Below, in pieces: positions 39,773 to 49,576 of a stretch of 64,000 nt of DNA. Numbering within the stretch: position 1 is the stretch's first letter; each line of letters opens with the position of its first letter. This DNA comes from Candidatus Woesearchaeota archaeon (GTDB taxonomy: Archaea > Nanobdellota > Nanobdellia > Woesearchaeales > ARS49). Under the pieces are notes generated by a model. That model did no database searches, was not told the DNA's origin, and saw only the letters and a list, made by a program, of their open reading frames with translations. The position numbers and the translations under genes are program-made. The stretch is taken from the NCBI GenBank assembly GCA_018302815.1, contig JAGVZE010000010.1, positions 3,523-67,522 of the forward strand. The letters are read 5' to 3'.

Positions 39773-41689
39773 ATGGGGTTCAAACTGCACTCACGATTCT
39801 CGCCCGCAGGAGGGCAGCCGGAAACTATCAAAAAGCTTGTTGAAGGATTCAAACAGCGAAGCTGCCAAACCCTGCTTGGAATCACAGGAAGCGGAAAGAC
39901 TTTTGTGATGGCAAATGTTATCGACAAGGTTCAAAAGCCAACACTGGTCCTTGCCCACAACAAAACACTAGCAGCACAGCTTTACGCAGAACTCAAAGAC
40001 CTCTTTCCTGAGAATCGCGTCGAATACTTCATCAGCTACTACGACTACTACCAACCAGAAAGCTATCTGCCCACGACCGACACATACATCGAAAAGGATT
40101 CGAGCGTCAATGAGCAAATAGAAAAAATGAGACTCAAAGCGACATCAAGCCTTCTTTCACGCGATGACGTCATAATAGTCGCATCAATTAGCTGCATTTA
40201 CGGCCTTGGAGACCCAGGCAACTTCAAAGAACTATCCATCGAACTCAAAAAAGGAACAACGCTAAAACGCCAAGACCTGATCTCAAGCCTTGTACGCACG
40301 CAATATGAAAGAAACGATACTGCGCCCACCACAGGGCAATTCAGAGTACGAGGCGATGCGATAGACATCTATCCCGCGTATGACGACACGTTAATTCGCG
40401 TAGAACTCTTCGGCGACTCAATAGATAGGATAAGCGAACTGCACCCACTCACAAACGAAACCATCGCTTCACTAGAACACCTTCGAATCTTCCCAGCCAA
40501 ACAATTCGTTGTTCCAGAAGAAAAACAGCAACGCGCAATAGAAGAAATCAAATCAGAGCTCGAAGACTGGGCGCCCAACCTGCCAGAACTTGAAAGGCAG
40601 CGCCTCACAAAGCGAGTCAAATACGACCTTGAAATGCTAAATGAACTTGGCTATTGCTCAGGAATCGAAAACTACTCGAGGCATTTCGATGGCAGAAAAC
40701 AAGGAGAGCCGCCGTTCGTGCTTCTCGACTACTTTCCAGAGGATTTCCTTCTAATAATCGATGAAAGCCATCAAACAATACCCCAATCAAAAGCAATGTA
40801 CAAAGGAGACTATTCACGCAAGAAAAATCTCGTGGACTTTGGATTCCGCCTTCCCTGCGCGTTTGACAACCGCCCACTCAAATTTGAGGAGTTCGAGCAA
40901 TACTTCAAGAATGTACTCTTTGTCAGCGCGACGCCAGCAGAATATGAACTGCAAAAATCCAACCAGATAGTCGAACTAATCATCAGGCCGACAGGACTTC
41001 TTGACCCGCTCGTGGAAGTGCGTCCAATAACGGGACAAGTCAAGGACCTAATCGGCGAAATAAACAAAACAACAGCAAAGAACGAACGCGTCATCGTCAC
41101 AACACTAACCAAAAGAATGGCTGAGGACCTAACCGATCATCTCGCGAAAGCAGACATCAAAGTAAGATACCTGCACAGCGACATCGACAGCCTCGAACGC
41201 ATAGAACTCATACGTGCGCTTCGCGCCAAAGAATTCGACGTCCTTGTCGGAATAAATCTACTGCGAGAAGGACTTGATATTCCTGAAGTATCCCTTGTCG
41301 CAATACTTGACGCTGACAAAGAAGGATTCCTTCGAAACGAACGAAGCCTAATTCAAACAATCGGAAGAGCCGCGCGCAACGTCAATGGAAGAGTCATACT
41401 CTATGCAGACGTCATGACTGAATCAATGCAGAGCGCCATGGCGATAACAAAACGCAGGCGAATGGCACAAGAACAGTTCAACAAAAAGAACGGCATAACC
41501 CCACAGACAATAATAAAATCAGTCGCGAAAAAAACACGCGAGCTCAAAGGAACAAAACACATGTCAAAAACAGACATCAACAGAATGCTTGTCCAGCTGG
41601 AAGCGGATATGCGAACGGCAGCAGAACAACTCAACTTCGAAAAAGCCATACAAATCCGCGACCAACTGCGCGAACTTAGAGGTGAATGA
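39773..41689 (+). CDS. uvrB: excinuclease ABC subunit B
   Basis: QTLLGITGSGKTF helicase motif I, beta-hairpin region, C-terminal UVR domain (AIQIRDQLRELRG). Confidence 0.95.
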   Translation: MGFKLHSRFSPAGGQPETIKKLVEGFKQRSCQTLLGITGSGKTFVMANVIDKVQKPTLVLAHNKTLAAQLYAELKDLFPENRVEYFISYYDYYQPESYLPTTDTYIEKDSSVNEQIEKMRLKATSSLLSRDDVIIVASISCIYGLGDPGNFKELSIELKKGTTLKRQDLISSLVRTQYERNDTAPTTGQFRVRGDAIDIYPAYDDTLIRVELFGDSIDRISELHPLTNETIASLEHLRIFPAKQFVVPEEKQQRAIEEIKSELEDWAPNLPELERQRLTKRVKYDLEMLNELGYCSGIENYSRHFDGRKQGEPPFVLLDYFPEDFLLIIDESHQTIPQSKAMYKGDYSRKKNLVDFGFRLPCAFDNRPLKFEEFEQYFKNVLFVSATPAEYELQKSNQIVELIIRPTGLLDPLVEVRPITGQVKDLIGEINKTTAKNERVIVTTLTKRMAEDLTDHLAKADIKVRYLHSDIDSLERIELIRALRAKEFDVLVGINLLREGLDIPEVSLVAILDADKEGFLRNERSLIQTIGRAARNVNGRVILYADVMTESMQSAMAITKRRRMAQEQFNKKNGITPQTIIKSVAKKTRELKGTKHMSKTDINRMLVQLEADMRTAAEQLNFEKAIQIRDQLRELRGE

Positions 41690-41690
41690 A

Positions 41691-44540
41691 ATGAACGACA
41701 ACCTGATAGTTCGAGGAGCACGAGAACACAATCTTAAAAATATCAGCGTCGAGATGCCCCGCAACAAATTCATCGTAATCACCGGACTTTCAGGAAGCGG
41801 AAAATCCACACTCGCGTTCGATACAATCTACGCAGAAGGACAGCGAAGGTATGTTGAATCGCTTTCAGCATACGCGCGCCAGTTCTTGGGCCTTATGAAT
41901 AAGCCCGATGTCGATTCAATCGAAGGACTAAGCCCGGCGATCAGCATTGAGCAGAAAACAACCTCAAAGAATCCACGCTCGACAGTAGGAACAGTCACAG
42001 AAATATACGATTACCTGCGCCTTCTGTTCGCAAGAGTTGGAACAATGCACTGCCCCGAATGCAATAGCTCGCTTCGACCGCAAAGCGCGGAAAACATAGT
42101 CAACCTCATAATGTCGGACGCGGGAAAAGAACTGCTAATCCTCGCGCCAATCATCAGAGGAATGAAAGGAACACACGAAAAACTGTTCGAAGACGCAAAA
42201 AAAGACGGATTCGCCCGAGTGCGCATAGACGGACAAGTAATCCGCACAGATGAAACGCCTCCAAAACTCGAACGATACGAAAAACACTGGATGGAAGTCG
42301 TCATCGACCACGTCAAAATAAATGAAGAAAATAGGCACAGGCTAACAGAAGCTGTCGAAAGCGCACTGCACAAAGGAAAAGGCACGCTGATAGCAATAGA
42401 CGCGAAAGATGACAAGACAAAACTCAAAGAAATAGAGCGCTCATCCAACGAAACAGTCTTCACAAGCTTTGGAGCCTGCCCTGACCACCCTCACATCGTG
42501 TTCGAACAACTTGAACCGCGAATGTTCTCATTCAACAGCCCATTTGGCGCGTGCCAATCCTGCCTTGGACTTGGAGAGCACCTTGAGATATCGCCTGACC
42601 TTGTGATTCCCAACAAAGATAAGAGCATAATGGACGGCGCGATAATAGTCTATGGAAAAATGGATCTGCAGTGGAGAGCTCAACAAATAGGCGCTGTCGG
42701 CAAGAAATTCGGATTCGACCTTTTCACCCCCATAAAGAATTTCACCAAAAAACAACTTGACGTGCTGCTCTTTGGAACAAGCGAACCCATCACAGGACGA
42801 TGGAGCACAGGACAACAAATGAATTTCGATAGCGGATGGGAAGGAGTCATTCCGCAAACGATGCGCCTTTACAAACAGACAGAATCGGACTGGAGAAAAC
42901 AAGAGATTGAAAAATTCATGATAAGCAATCCTTGCACTGTCTGCAAAGGAAAACGCCTCAAAGACACCATTCTCTCTGTCAAGATAGCAGACAAATCAAT
43001 AATAGATGTAACCGACCTCTCTGTCGAACGCGCTCTAGCGTATTTCAAAGAACTTCCTTCGAAACTTGGCGAAAAAGACCTGTTCATCGCAAAACAAGTG
43101 CTCAAAGAAATAAACGATCGACTAGGATTCTTGCACAACGTAGGACTTGGCTATCTGAACCTCTCGCGAAGCGCGCGCACGCTATCAGGCGGAGAAGCGC
43201 AGCGAATAAGGCTTGCGACGCAAATAGGCTCGAACCTCATGGGAGTCCTATACGTGCTTGACGAACCTAGCATCGGCCTGCACCAGCGCGACAACGAAAA
43301 GCTCATAAATACACTGCACAGGCTGCGCGACCTTGGAAACACACTCATCGTCGTCGAACACGATGAAGACACTATGCGCTCCGCAGACTATCTAATCGAT
43401 ATGGGCCCTGGAGCCGGAGAACACGGAGGCCACATCTGCGCGAGAGGAAAACCATCAGAAGTGATGAAAAACAAAAAGTCCCTCACAGGACAATATCTTG
43501 CCGGCTTAAAAAAGATTGAATCTCCGAAGGAACGAAGAAAGCCAACTGATCATCTAACAATAACAGGCGCTAGCGAGAACAACCTCAAAAATGTAAGCGT
43601 GAAATTCCCCCTCGGAGTTCTCTGCGGAATCACAGGCGTTTCAGGAAGCGGAAAATCAACACTCATGAACCAGACATTAATACCTGTCTTGCAAAAACAT
43701 TTCGGCGCAACACCAGGAAAAATCGGAAAATACCAAGACCTCAAGATACCATCGACAATTGACAATGTAATAGTCATAGACCAAGAGCCAATCGGCAGAA
43801 CCCCTCGCTCGAACCCCGCGACGTATACAAAACTCTTTGACGAAATACGCGCCATATTCGCAGACACAAAAGAAGCACGCGCCAGAGGATACAAAGAAGG
43901 CAGATTCAGCTTCAACGTCAAAGGAGGACGATGCGAGAGATGCCAGGGCGATGGAGTCATCAAGATAGAGATGAATTTCCTGCCTGATGTGTACGTTCCT
44001 TGCGAAGACTGCAAGGAAAAACGATACAACAAGGATACGTTGTCTATCACTTACAAGGACAAATGCATCGCAGATGTTTTGGAACTAAGCGTAGAAGAAT
44101 CTATTAAGTTCTTTGAGAATCACCCTTCAATAATGCGCAAACTCCAAACGCTCTTTGATGTCGGGCTTGGCTATATCAAACTTGGCCAAAGCTCCACAAC
44201 ACTTTCAGGCGGAGAATCCCAGCGCATAAAACTAACGCGCGAACTTGCTAAAAGCAAACGAGGAAGCACTCTTTACCTGCTTGATGAACCCACAACAGGG
44301 CTTCATTTCGAGGACGTTCGAAAACTAATCACTGTGCTGAACAGGCTTGTCGAGAAAGGCAATTCAGTCTTTGTAATCGAACACAACCTTGACGTCATAA
44401 AATGCTGCGATCACATCATCGACCTTGGACCTGAAGGCGGAGACAAAGGAGGGGTTGTAGTGGCGCAAGGAACCCCTGAAGAACTATGCGAATATGAACA
44501 ATCCTACACCGCAAAATTCCTTAAAAAATTGTTGAAATGA
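41691..44540 (+). CDS. uvrA: excinuclease ABC subunit A
   Basis: MNDNLIVRGAREHNLKNI start; two ABC modules (GLSGSGKSTLAFD, GVSGSGKSTLMNQ); zinc-finger cysteines. The ORF-track N-terminal extension from 41589 was rejected. Confidence 0.95.
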   Translation: MNDNLIVRGAREHNLKNISVEMPRNKFIVITGLSGSGKSTLAFDTIYAEGQRRYVESLSAYARQFLGLMNKPDVDSIEGLSPAISIEQKTTSKNPRSTVGTVTEIYDYLRLLFARVGTMHCPECNSSLRPQSAENIVNLIMSDAGKELLILAPIIRGMKGTHEKLFEDAKKDGFARVRIDGQVIRTDETPPKLERYEKHWMEVVIDHVKINEENRHRLTEAVESALHKGKGTLIAIDAKDDKTKLKEIERSSNETVFTSFGACPDHPHIVFEQLEPRMFSFNSPFGACQSCLGLGEHLEISPDLVIPNKDKSIMDGAIIVYGKMDLQWRAQQIGAVGKKFGFDLFTPIKNFTKKQLDVLLFGTSEPITGRWSTGQQMNFDSGWEGVIPQTMRLYKQTESDWRKQEIEKFMISNPCTVCKGKRLKDTILSVKIADKSIIDVTDLSVERALAYFKELPSKLGEKDLFIAKQVLKEINDRLGFLHNVGLGYLNLSRSARTLSGGEAQRIRLATQIGSNLMGVLYVLDEPSIGLHQRDNEKLINTLHRLRDLGNTLIVVEHDEDTMRSADYLIDMGPGAGEHGGHICARGKPSEVMKNKKSLTGQYLAGLKKIESPKERRKPTDHLTITGASENNLKNVSVKFPLGVLCGITGVSGSGKSTLMNQTLIPVLQKHFGATPGKIGKYQDLKIPSTIDNVIVIDQEPIGRTPRSNPATYTKLFDEIRAIFADTKEARARGYKEGRFSFNVKGGRCERCQGDGVIKIEMNFLPDVYVPCEDCKEKRYNKDTLSITYKDKCIADVLELSVEESIKFFENHPSIMRKLQTLFDVGLGYIKLGQSSTTLSGGESQRIKLTRELAKSKRGSTLYLLDEPTTGLHFEDVRKLITVLNRLVEKGNSVFVIEHNLDVIKCCDHIIDLGPEGGDKGGVVVAQGTPEELCEYEQSYTAKFLKKLLK

Positions 44541-44549
44541 GCCAACCAA

Positions 44550-46142
44550 ATGATCAATTCCATCAATCACACTGTCAATCCAAAAACGATACCGACTGAG
44601 CCAGGAGTCTATCTGTTCAAAGATGAATCAGGCACGATAATTTATGTTGGCAAAGCGCGAAATCTGCGAAACAGAGTATCATCCTACTTCAACAACACAG
44701 AAAAGTCGGTGAAAACTCAAGTGCTTGTCAAGCGAATCCACAGCGCAGAATATTTCATAGTGGATAATGAAACAGAAGCCCTTCTGCTTGAAAACAAATT
44801 AATCAAGCAACACAGCCCGAAATACAACATCAGCCTAAAAGACGCGAAAACTTATGCGTACATACAGCTAACAGACGAGAAGTTTGCGCGAATACTATCT
44901 TCAAGAAAGCCCGGCAAAGACGGCACGTTCTTTGGACCATATGTCGATGGAACCGCCCGCCACGAACTTGTCCAACTATCAATTCGACTGTTCAAACTTC
45001 GATCTTGCAAAAAACTTCCAAACAGAGCGTGCCTCAACTACCACATCGGCCTTTGCACAGCGCCCTGCATCAAAGCCGTGAGCGAAACACAGTATTTTGA
45101 ACAAGTGAGCGAAGCAAAAGAATTCCTCAAAGGCAACACAAAAGCCATAACTGAAAAACTAACTGTGGAGATGAAAGAAGCGTCAGATTCGCAAAAGTTC
45201 GAACTCGCGCTTGAAAAAAAGCGGCAGATTGATGCAATAGCCTCTCTGCACGAAAAACAGAAAGTAGACACTCTTAAAAACTACGACCAAGACGTCATCG
45301 TCCTGCTTGAGAACGACGAAAATGCAATCATTGAACACTTCTCAATCAAGAAAGGAGTAATATCAGGTAAGCACGAATTCAGATTCGAAAAACAAGAGGA
45401 CCTGCTCGAATCATTCATTAAATTGTACTATTCCGGAAATCTAATACCCCGCGAAATAATCTTAAACAAAGCCGCGTGGGCGGACAATACTGAGAAAAAC
45501 GCAATCGAATCATACCTATCACACCTGCGAAAAGGAAAAGTCGAACTACACGTGCCTGAACGAGGAGAGAAAGCAGGACTCGTACGGCTCGCTGAAAAGA
45601 ACGCCGCGCTCGCGCTTGAAAACACCACACTAAAAGAACTGCAAGAAACGCTCATATTACCTCGCCTGCCAAGAGTGATAGAATGCTTTGACATCAGCAA
45701 CCTAGGAACGCAAGATATCGTAGCAGGAATGACCCAATGGGTTGACGGCAAACCAAACAAGCCAGGCTATCGCAAATTCGAAATTCGCACAGTTATAGGA
45801 AAAAACGATGATTTCGCAAGCATGCGCGAAGTCATACACAGAAGATACCAGCGCCTATCTCAAGAGAATGCGCAATTCCCTGACTTGATAATAATCGATG
45901 GCGGCAAAGGCCAGCTTGACTCGGCGCTATTCAGCCTCGGAGAACTCGGATTGTCAATACCAATAATCGCTCTTGCCAAACAAGAAGAAGAGATTTACAC
46001 ACCACACGAAGAGTTTCCGAAGAAATTTGATAAAAATAGCACAGTGATGCTTCTTTTGCGTCAGATACGCGACAGTGTGCATAACTTCGCACTAAGCTAC
46101 AACCGCAAAAAACGACAAATGCGCCTAAGAAACGACGCTTAA
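44550..46142 (+). CDS. uvrC: excinuclease ABC subunit C
   Basis: GIY-YIG N-terminus (GVYLFKDESGTIIYVGKARNLRNR), UVR domain and a C-terminal endonuclease domain. Confidence 0.95.
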   Translation: MINSINHTVNPKTIPTEPGVYLFKDESGTIIYVGKARNLRNRVSSYFNNTEKSVKTQVLVKRIHSAEYFIVDNETEALLLENKLIKQHSPKYNISLKDAKTYAYIQLTDEKFARILSSRKPGKDGTFFGPYVDGTARHELVQLSIRLFKLRSCKKLPNRACLNYHIGLCTAPCIKAVSETQYFEQVSEAKEFLKGNTKAITEKLTVEMKEASDSQKFELALEKKRQIDAIASLHEKQKVDTLKNYDQDVIVLLENDENAIIEHFSIKKGVISGKHEFRFEKQEDLLESFIKLYYSGNLIPREIILNKAAWADNTEKNAIESYLSHLRKGKVELHVPERGEKAGLVRLAEKNAALALENTTLKELQETLILPRLPRVIECFDISNLGTQDIVAGMTQWVDGKPNKPGYRKFEIRTVIGKNDDFASMREVIHRRYQRLSQENAQFPDLIIIDGGKGQLDSALFSLGELGLSIPIIALAKQEEEIYTPHEEFPKKFDKNSTVMLLLRQIRDSVHNFALSYNRKKRQMRLRNDA

Positions 46143-46450
46143 AGCCTTCCGAAACGAGACTGAAGATGCTTTTGAACAGAATTAACTACTGAACTTAAAT
46201 GCTTACGTGCAACCTTGCGCCTCTTAACAGTTCGTCCATGCAATACCGGAACGGTGACGCCACGTATAGTGACAGTTCTTTGTGCCATAAGAATACTCAA
46301 GGCAAGCCCAAATATAAACCTTTTGTGCCACCTAATTGTGACTTTCCTGTCACCAAAGAATAAATCATTGAACGTCTTAAACATAGGAAATATGACGGAA
46401 TAGTCCATGGTATGCGCACCACACAGATACATAATCGATTCAATGGCCAC
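46139..46450 (-). CDS. hypothetical basic protein (103 aa)
   Basis: ORF only; overlaps the + strand ORF 46407..46841, so one of the two may be spurious. Confidence 0.25.
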   Translation of the reverse strand: MAIESIMYLCGAHTMDYSVIFPMFKTFNDLFFGDRKVTIRWHKRFIFGLALSILMAQRTVTIRGVTVPVLHGRTVKRRKVARKHLSSVVNSVQKHLQSRFGRL

Positions 46451-46841
46451 AGGAGGCGTAGGATACAGCTACAGAAAAACTCCACAGTACGACCTGCCAA
46501 AGGCGTACCAACCTGCATACCAAGTTCAAACATACGCGCCAATCACCCGCGAAATGCTGCCATTGCGATACCAACGCTCATATTACACCTCAATGACCGC
46601 CCTACCAGAGATGACAGGGATAGCGCGACCAGCTACCTTTTCCCAACCGGAAATAAAGACAAACGCGGAGCAACAAATAGCCCAACAAACGGAGGACACG
46701 ATGAAAATAGAACAGCCAAAACCTGAAACGATGACGACTAAAAAGAGCACAAAGCAGGACCTTGCCCGCAAAATACTACAAGAACTAGACAAACTTGGAC
46801 GAGAAGAGCACGAACACGGAGAACACACGCATGTGCACTGA
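46407..46841 (+). CDS. hypothetical low-complexity protein with His-rich C-terminus
   Basis: Stop overlaps the ATG of the downstream AAA ATPase (ATGTGCACTGA), suggesting coupling; composition Q/Y/T/E-rich. Confidence 0.3.
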   Translation: MVCAPHRYIIDSMATGGVGYSYRKTPQYDLPKAYQPAYQVQTYAPITREMLPLRYQRSYYTSMTALPEMTGIARPATFSQPEIKTNAEQQIAQQTEDTMKIEQPKPETMTTKKSTKQDLARKILQELDKLGREEHEHGEHTHVH

Positions 46842-47922
46842 GACAGACGCCAAACGGCTGATACAGGAAGCATTGGAAGGCGAACTCGAAGACCCTGTCC
46901 AAAGCAGAAAAAAATACCTTGAAGCCGCAGAAATAATGCTCTTGTTATCTGAACAGAACAAGGAACACGAAGAAAAATGCGTTCAACTCGCAGGCATCCT
47001 CTACGATAAATCAGAAACGCTCAAAACAGCAAAACCAATAATCAAACAAGCCGCAAAAACAAGCCTCACGTTCGCAGACATAGGCGGACTGCACAAGCTC
47101 AAAGAAGAAATAAGATTCAAAATCATAGAGCCATTCAACAATCCAAGCGTATACCAATACTTCGGCAAAAACGTCGGTGGAGGAATAGTCATGTACGGCC
47201 CTCCTGGCTGCGGAAAAAGCCTCATCGCAGAAGCTACAAGCAATGAAGCAGGCGCGGCGTTCTTCCACGTAAAAGCATCGGACCTCAAAGGCAAATATGT
47301 AGGAGAAACTGAGAAAAACATAGCTGAACTATTCAAAAAAGCAAGAGCGCAGGCGCCCAGCATAATATTCTTTGATGAATTCGAAGCATTGGGCAGCGAC
47401 CGTACGAACAGCCCTGTGCACGAGCGCAACTCTGTCGCGCAACTCTTGACCGAAATGGATGGCGTAGGCTCGAAAAATCAGCAGATACTGCTCCTCGCAG
47501 CAACAAACGAGCCGTGGAGCCTTGATTCGGCACTGCTTCGGGAAGGAAGATTCGGAACAACCCTATTTATACCGCCACCTGACCTTGACTCGCGAAAAGA
47601 CATACTCAAACTTTGCCTCGCAGGAAAACCGCTTGCTGCAGATGTCTCACTAGGAGAGCTCGCCAAAAAAACAGATAAATTCTCAGGAGCAGACCTCAAA
47701 GCATTATGCGAGAAAGCAACCGACATTCCTTTACGCGAATATTTCAAGACTAAAAAACTGCGGCCGCTAACTCAAGCCGACTTCGAGAAAGCATTGAACG
47801 AAGTCAAATCAGTCATACCCCTCTGGATGAGAAAAGCGGAAGCCACTGTCAAAAAACTAGGCATGGAAGAAACGTTTCCCGACATCTCTACCGCAAAAGC
47901 CCCGCTACAAGATCAGGCGTGA
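46831..47922 (+). CDS. AAA ATPase, Vps4/CdvC-like with N-terminal helical domain
   Basis: Walker A GPPGCGKSLIA, Walker B IIFFDEFEALG, second region of homology, preceded by a ~100-aa helical (MIT-like) N-domain. Confidence 0.7.
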   Translation: MCTETDAKRLIQEALEGELEDPVQSRKKYLEAAEIMLLLSEQNKEHEEKCVQLAGILYDKSETLKTAKPIIKQAAKTSLTFADIGGLHKLKEEIRFKIIEPFNNPSVYQYFGKNVGGGIVMYGPPGCGKSLIAEATSNEAGAAFFHVKASDLKGKYVGETEKNIAELFKKARAQAPSIIFFDEFEALGSDRTNSPVHERNSVAQLLTEMDGVGSKNQQILLLAATNEPWSLDSALLREGRFGTTLFIPPPDLDSRKDILKLCLAGKPLAADVSLGELAKKTDKFSGADLKALCEKATDIPLREYFKTKKLRPLTQADFEKALNEVKSVIPLWMRKAEATVKKLGMEETFPDISTAKAPLQDQA

Positions 47923-49456
47923 TCTTTATCTCGCCATTCTGCGCGTAAACGCCAGCATGGAAAATTATTTGATGAAATAGTTTATGAGCAAGAGCATTCA
48001 ATGAACGAGCGCCGGTCTCTTTGGGAGCGAGCCTTGCAATCTGCGCCGCCACACCAGGCTCGAATTCAAGATTGAAACCGCGCTCTTTGAACAATTTTTT
48101 GTACTTCTCAAAAATCCCTTCCTTTGTACCGGACAGGATAGATTCTAGCTCGTCCACAGTAAGCTGCTTTAACGTAGCAATAGCAGAATGCCTGCCAACC
48201 AATTCAGACTTAAGCCCGTATTTTATAATGTCATCAGGAGTCACGTACTCTAACGAGTCTATCATCTTTCGCTCAGAGCCTTGAGCAAAGCCGAACGAAC
48301 GCTCATCAATACCCACTCTCGCACGGATTATCGAATCGAGACTGTGCTCATCACCGCCGCCGAACGCTCCTGCAGTCACGAACATCAAATTCTCAGTGCT
48401 AATGCGCCTCTTTTCATCAATAGTCACGCTCGCACCATCCAGCCAGCCGATAAGCGCATCCTGCAATTCCACACCAAAACCAAATCCGCGCCTATCAGGA
48501 TATGCAAGCTTATCTATTTCGTCGAGGAAAACTATGCCGTACGGCGCATCATCTTTAGTTTGAACTGCCAAACTTCTAAGCGCGTTCGAAGCGTTATCGC
48601 CAACAAAACCCTCCCCTGACTTGCTCGTAAGAACATCCTTGATGAACGGAAGCTTCGCCTTGCGCGCAAGAAGCCTCATCATCAATGTCTTGCCAGAACC
48701 GGTAGGGCCGATTATCAGCATATTATCTTTTGGCAAAGACGAATCCTTGCTTCTATAACGAACCATATAATTCGAAAATACCACTGACACACTTTGCTTA
48801 GCTTCCTGCTGACCCACAACATACTGGTTCAAATAATCATAGATAGCCCGCGGATTCTCCCACTCGAACTCTTCTTCGCACACAGACGCGCTCTTTGGCC
48901 TCACTATAACCAAACTTTTGACGCGATCGTCTTTTCTAAGCGAAGCCCAATATTTTTTCACTTTATCCAACACTGCGCCCTCAAGAGTTTGAGGAATTAG
49001 CGACACCCCTGCGCTAGAATCAGCAACCAGCCTCATCGCAAGCCCTTTTTCAGTCTCAGAAACCAAAAGAAGAGGATACGCGTGCTCTGCACCCTGAACT
49101 CCAAGAAGTTTTGCGCCTCTCCTCAGATGAGAGTATTTAGTCACCTGAAGAGGAACGTACAACGTCTTGCCTCTTGCGCGAGAGGGGCACAATTTGCCTG
49201 ATTGAAGAGTATAATAATTACTGGTTGAAAAAGAAGTCTGCCTGCAAAAACCCATCTTTTGAGCTGAATTCGCGCCTTCACCCGCAAGAATCCTATAAAG
49301 CGAGTCATTTTGCGCCTCAACCGCAAGAACGTAGAGGGGAGTCGTTTCACGTTTGCTTCCCTGTTTGACACAAATCGACATGTCCTGAGCGAAATGCAAA
49401 CTGCTAATAAGCCGTTCCAGAGAATCACTCTGTTCACCGAATCTTCCGCCAGACAC
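47888..49456 (-). CDS. ClpX/HslU-like AAA+ ATPase with ~200-aa N-terminal domain of unknown function
   Basis: VVGQQEAKQSVSVVF, NMLIIGPTGSGKTLMMRLLA, LPFIKDVLTSKSGEGFVGDNA and GIVFLDEIDKL mirror HslU/ClpX blocks. The N-terminal 200 aa has no zinc finger and no match. Confidence 0.6.
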   Translation of the reverse strand: MSGGRFGEQSDSLERLISSLHFAQDMSICVKQGSKRETTPLYVLAVEAQNDSLYRILAGEGANSAQKMGFCRQTSFSTSNYYTLQSGKLCPSRARGKTLYVPLQVTKYSHLRRGAKLLGVQGAEHAYPLLLVSETEKGLAMRLVADSSAGVSLIPQTLEGAVLDKVKKYWASLRKDDRVKSLVIVRPKSASVCEEEFEWENPRAIYDYLNQYVVGQQEAKQSVSVVFSNYMVRYRSKDSSLPKDNMLIIGPTGSGKTLMMRLLARKAKLPFIKDVLTSKSGEGFVGDNASNALRSLAVQTKDDAPYGIVFLDEIDKLAYPDRRGFGFGVELQDALIGWLDGASVTIDEKRRISTENLMFVTAGAFGGGDEHSLDSIIRARVGIDERSFGFAQGSERKMIDSLEYVTPDDIIKYGLKSELVGRHSAIATLKQLTVDELESILSGTKEGIFEKYKKLFKERGFNLEFEPGVAAQIARLAPKETGARSLNALAHKLFHQIIFHAGVYAQNGEIKITPDLVAGLLR

Positions 49457-49576
49457 AAGAATGAATAAACGGATTTTCTACTTAAATGTTTGTTTAAGTA
49501 ATTATTAAAGAATGAGTATGTATAACCGTACAAACCAAGAGTCATGCATTTAATATCCACGTAATGAGCATAAATC

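Noticed and set aside
41589-41690. ORF-track N-terminal extension of uvrA (MSSWKRICERQQ...)
   Set aside because: It overlaps the uvrB 3' end. The canonical UvrA N-terminus (MNDNLIVRGAREHNLKNI) begins at the ATG at 41691, 1 nt after the uvrB stop.
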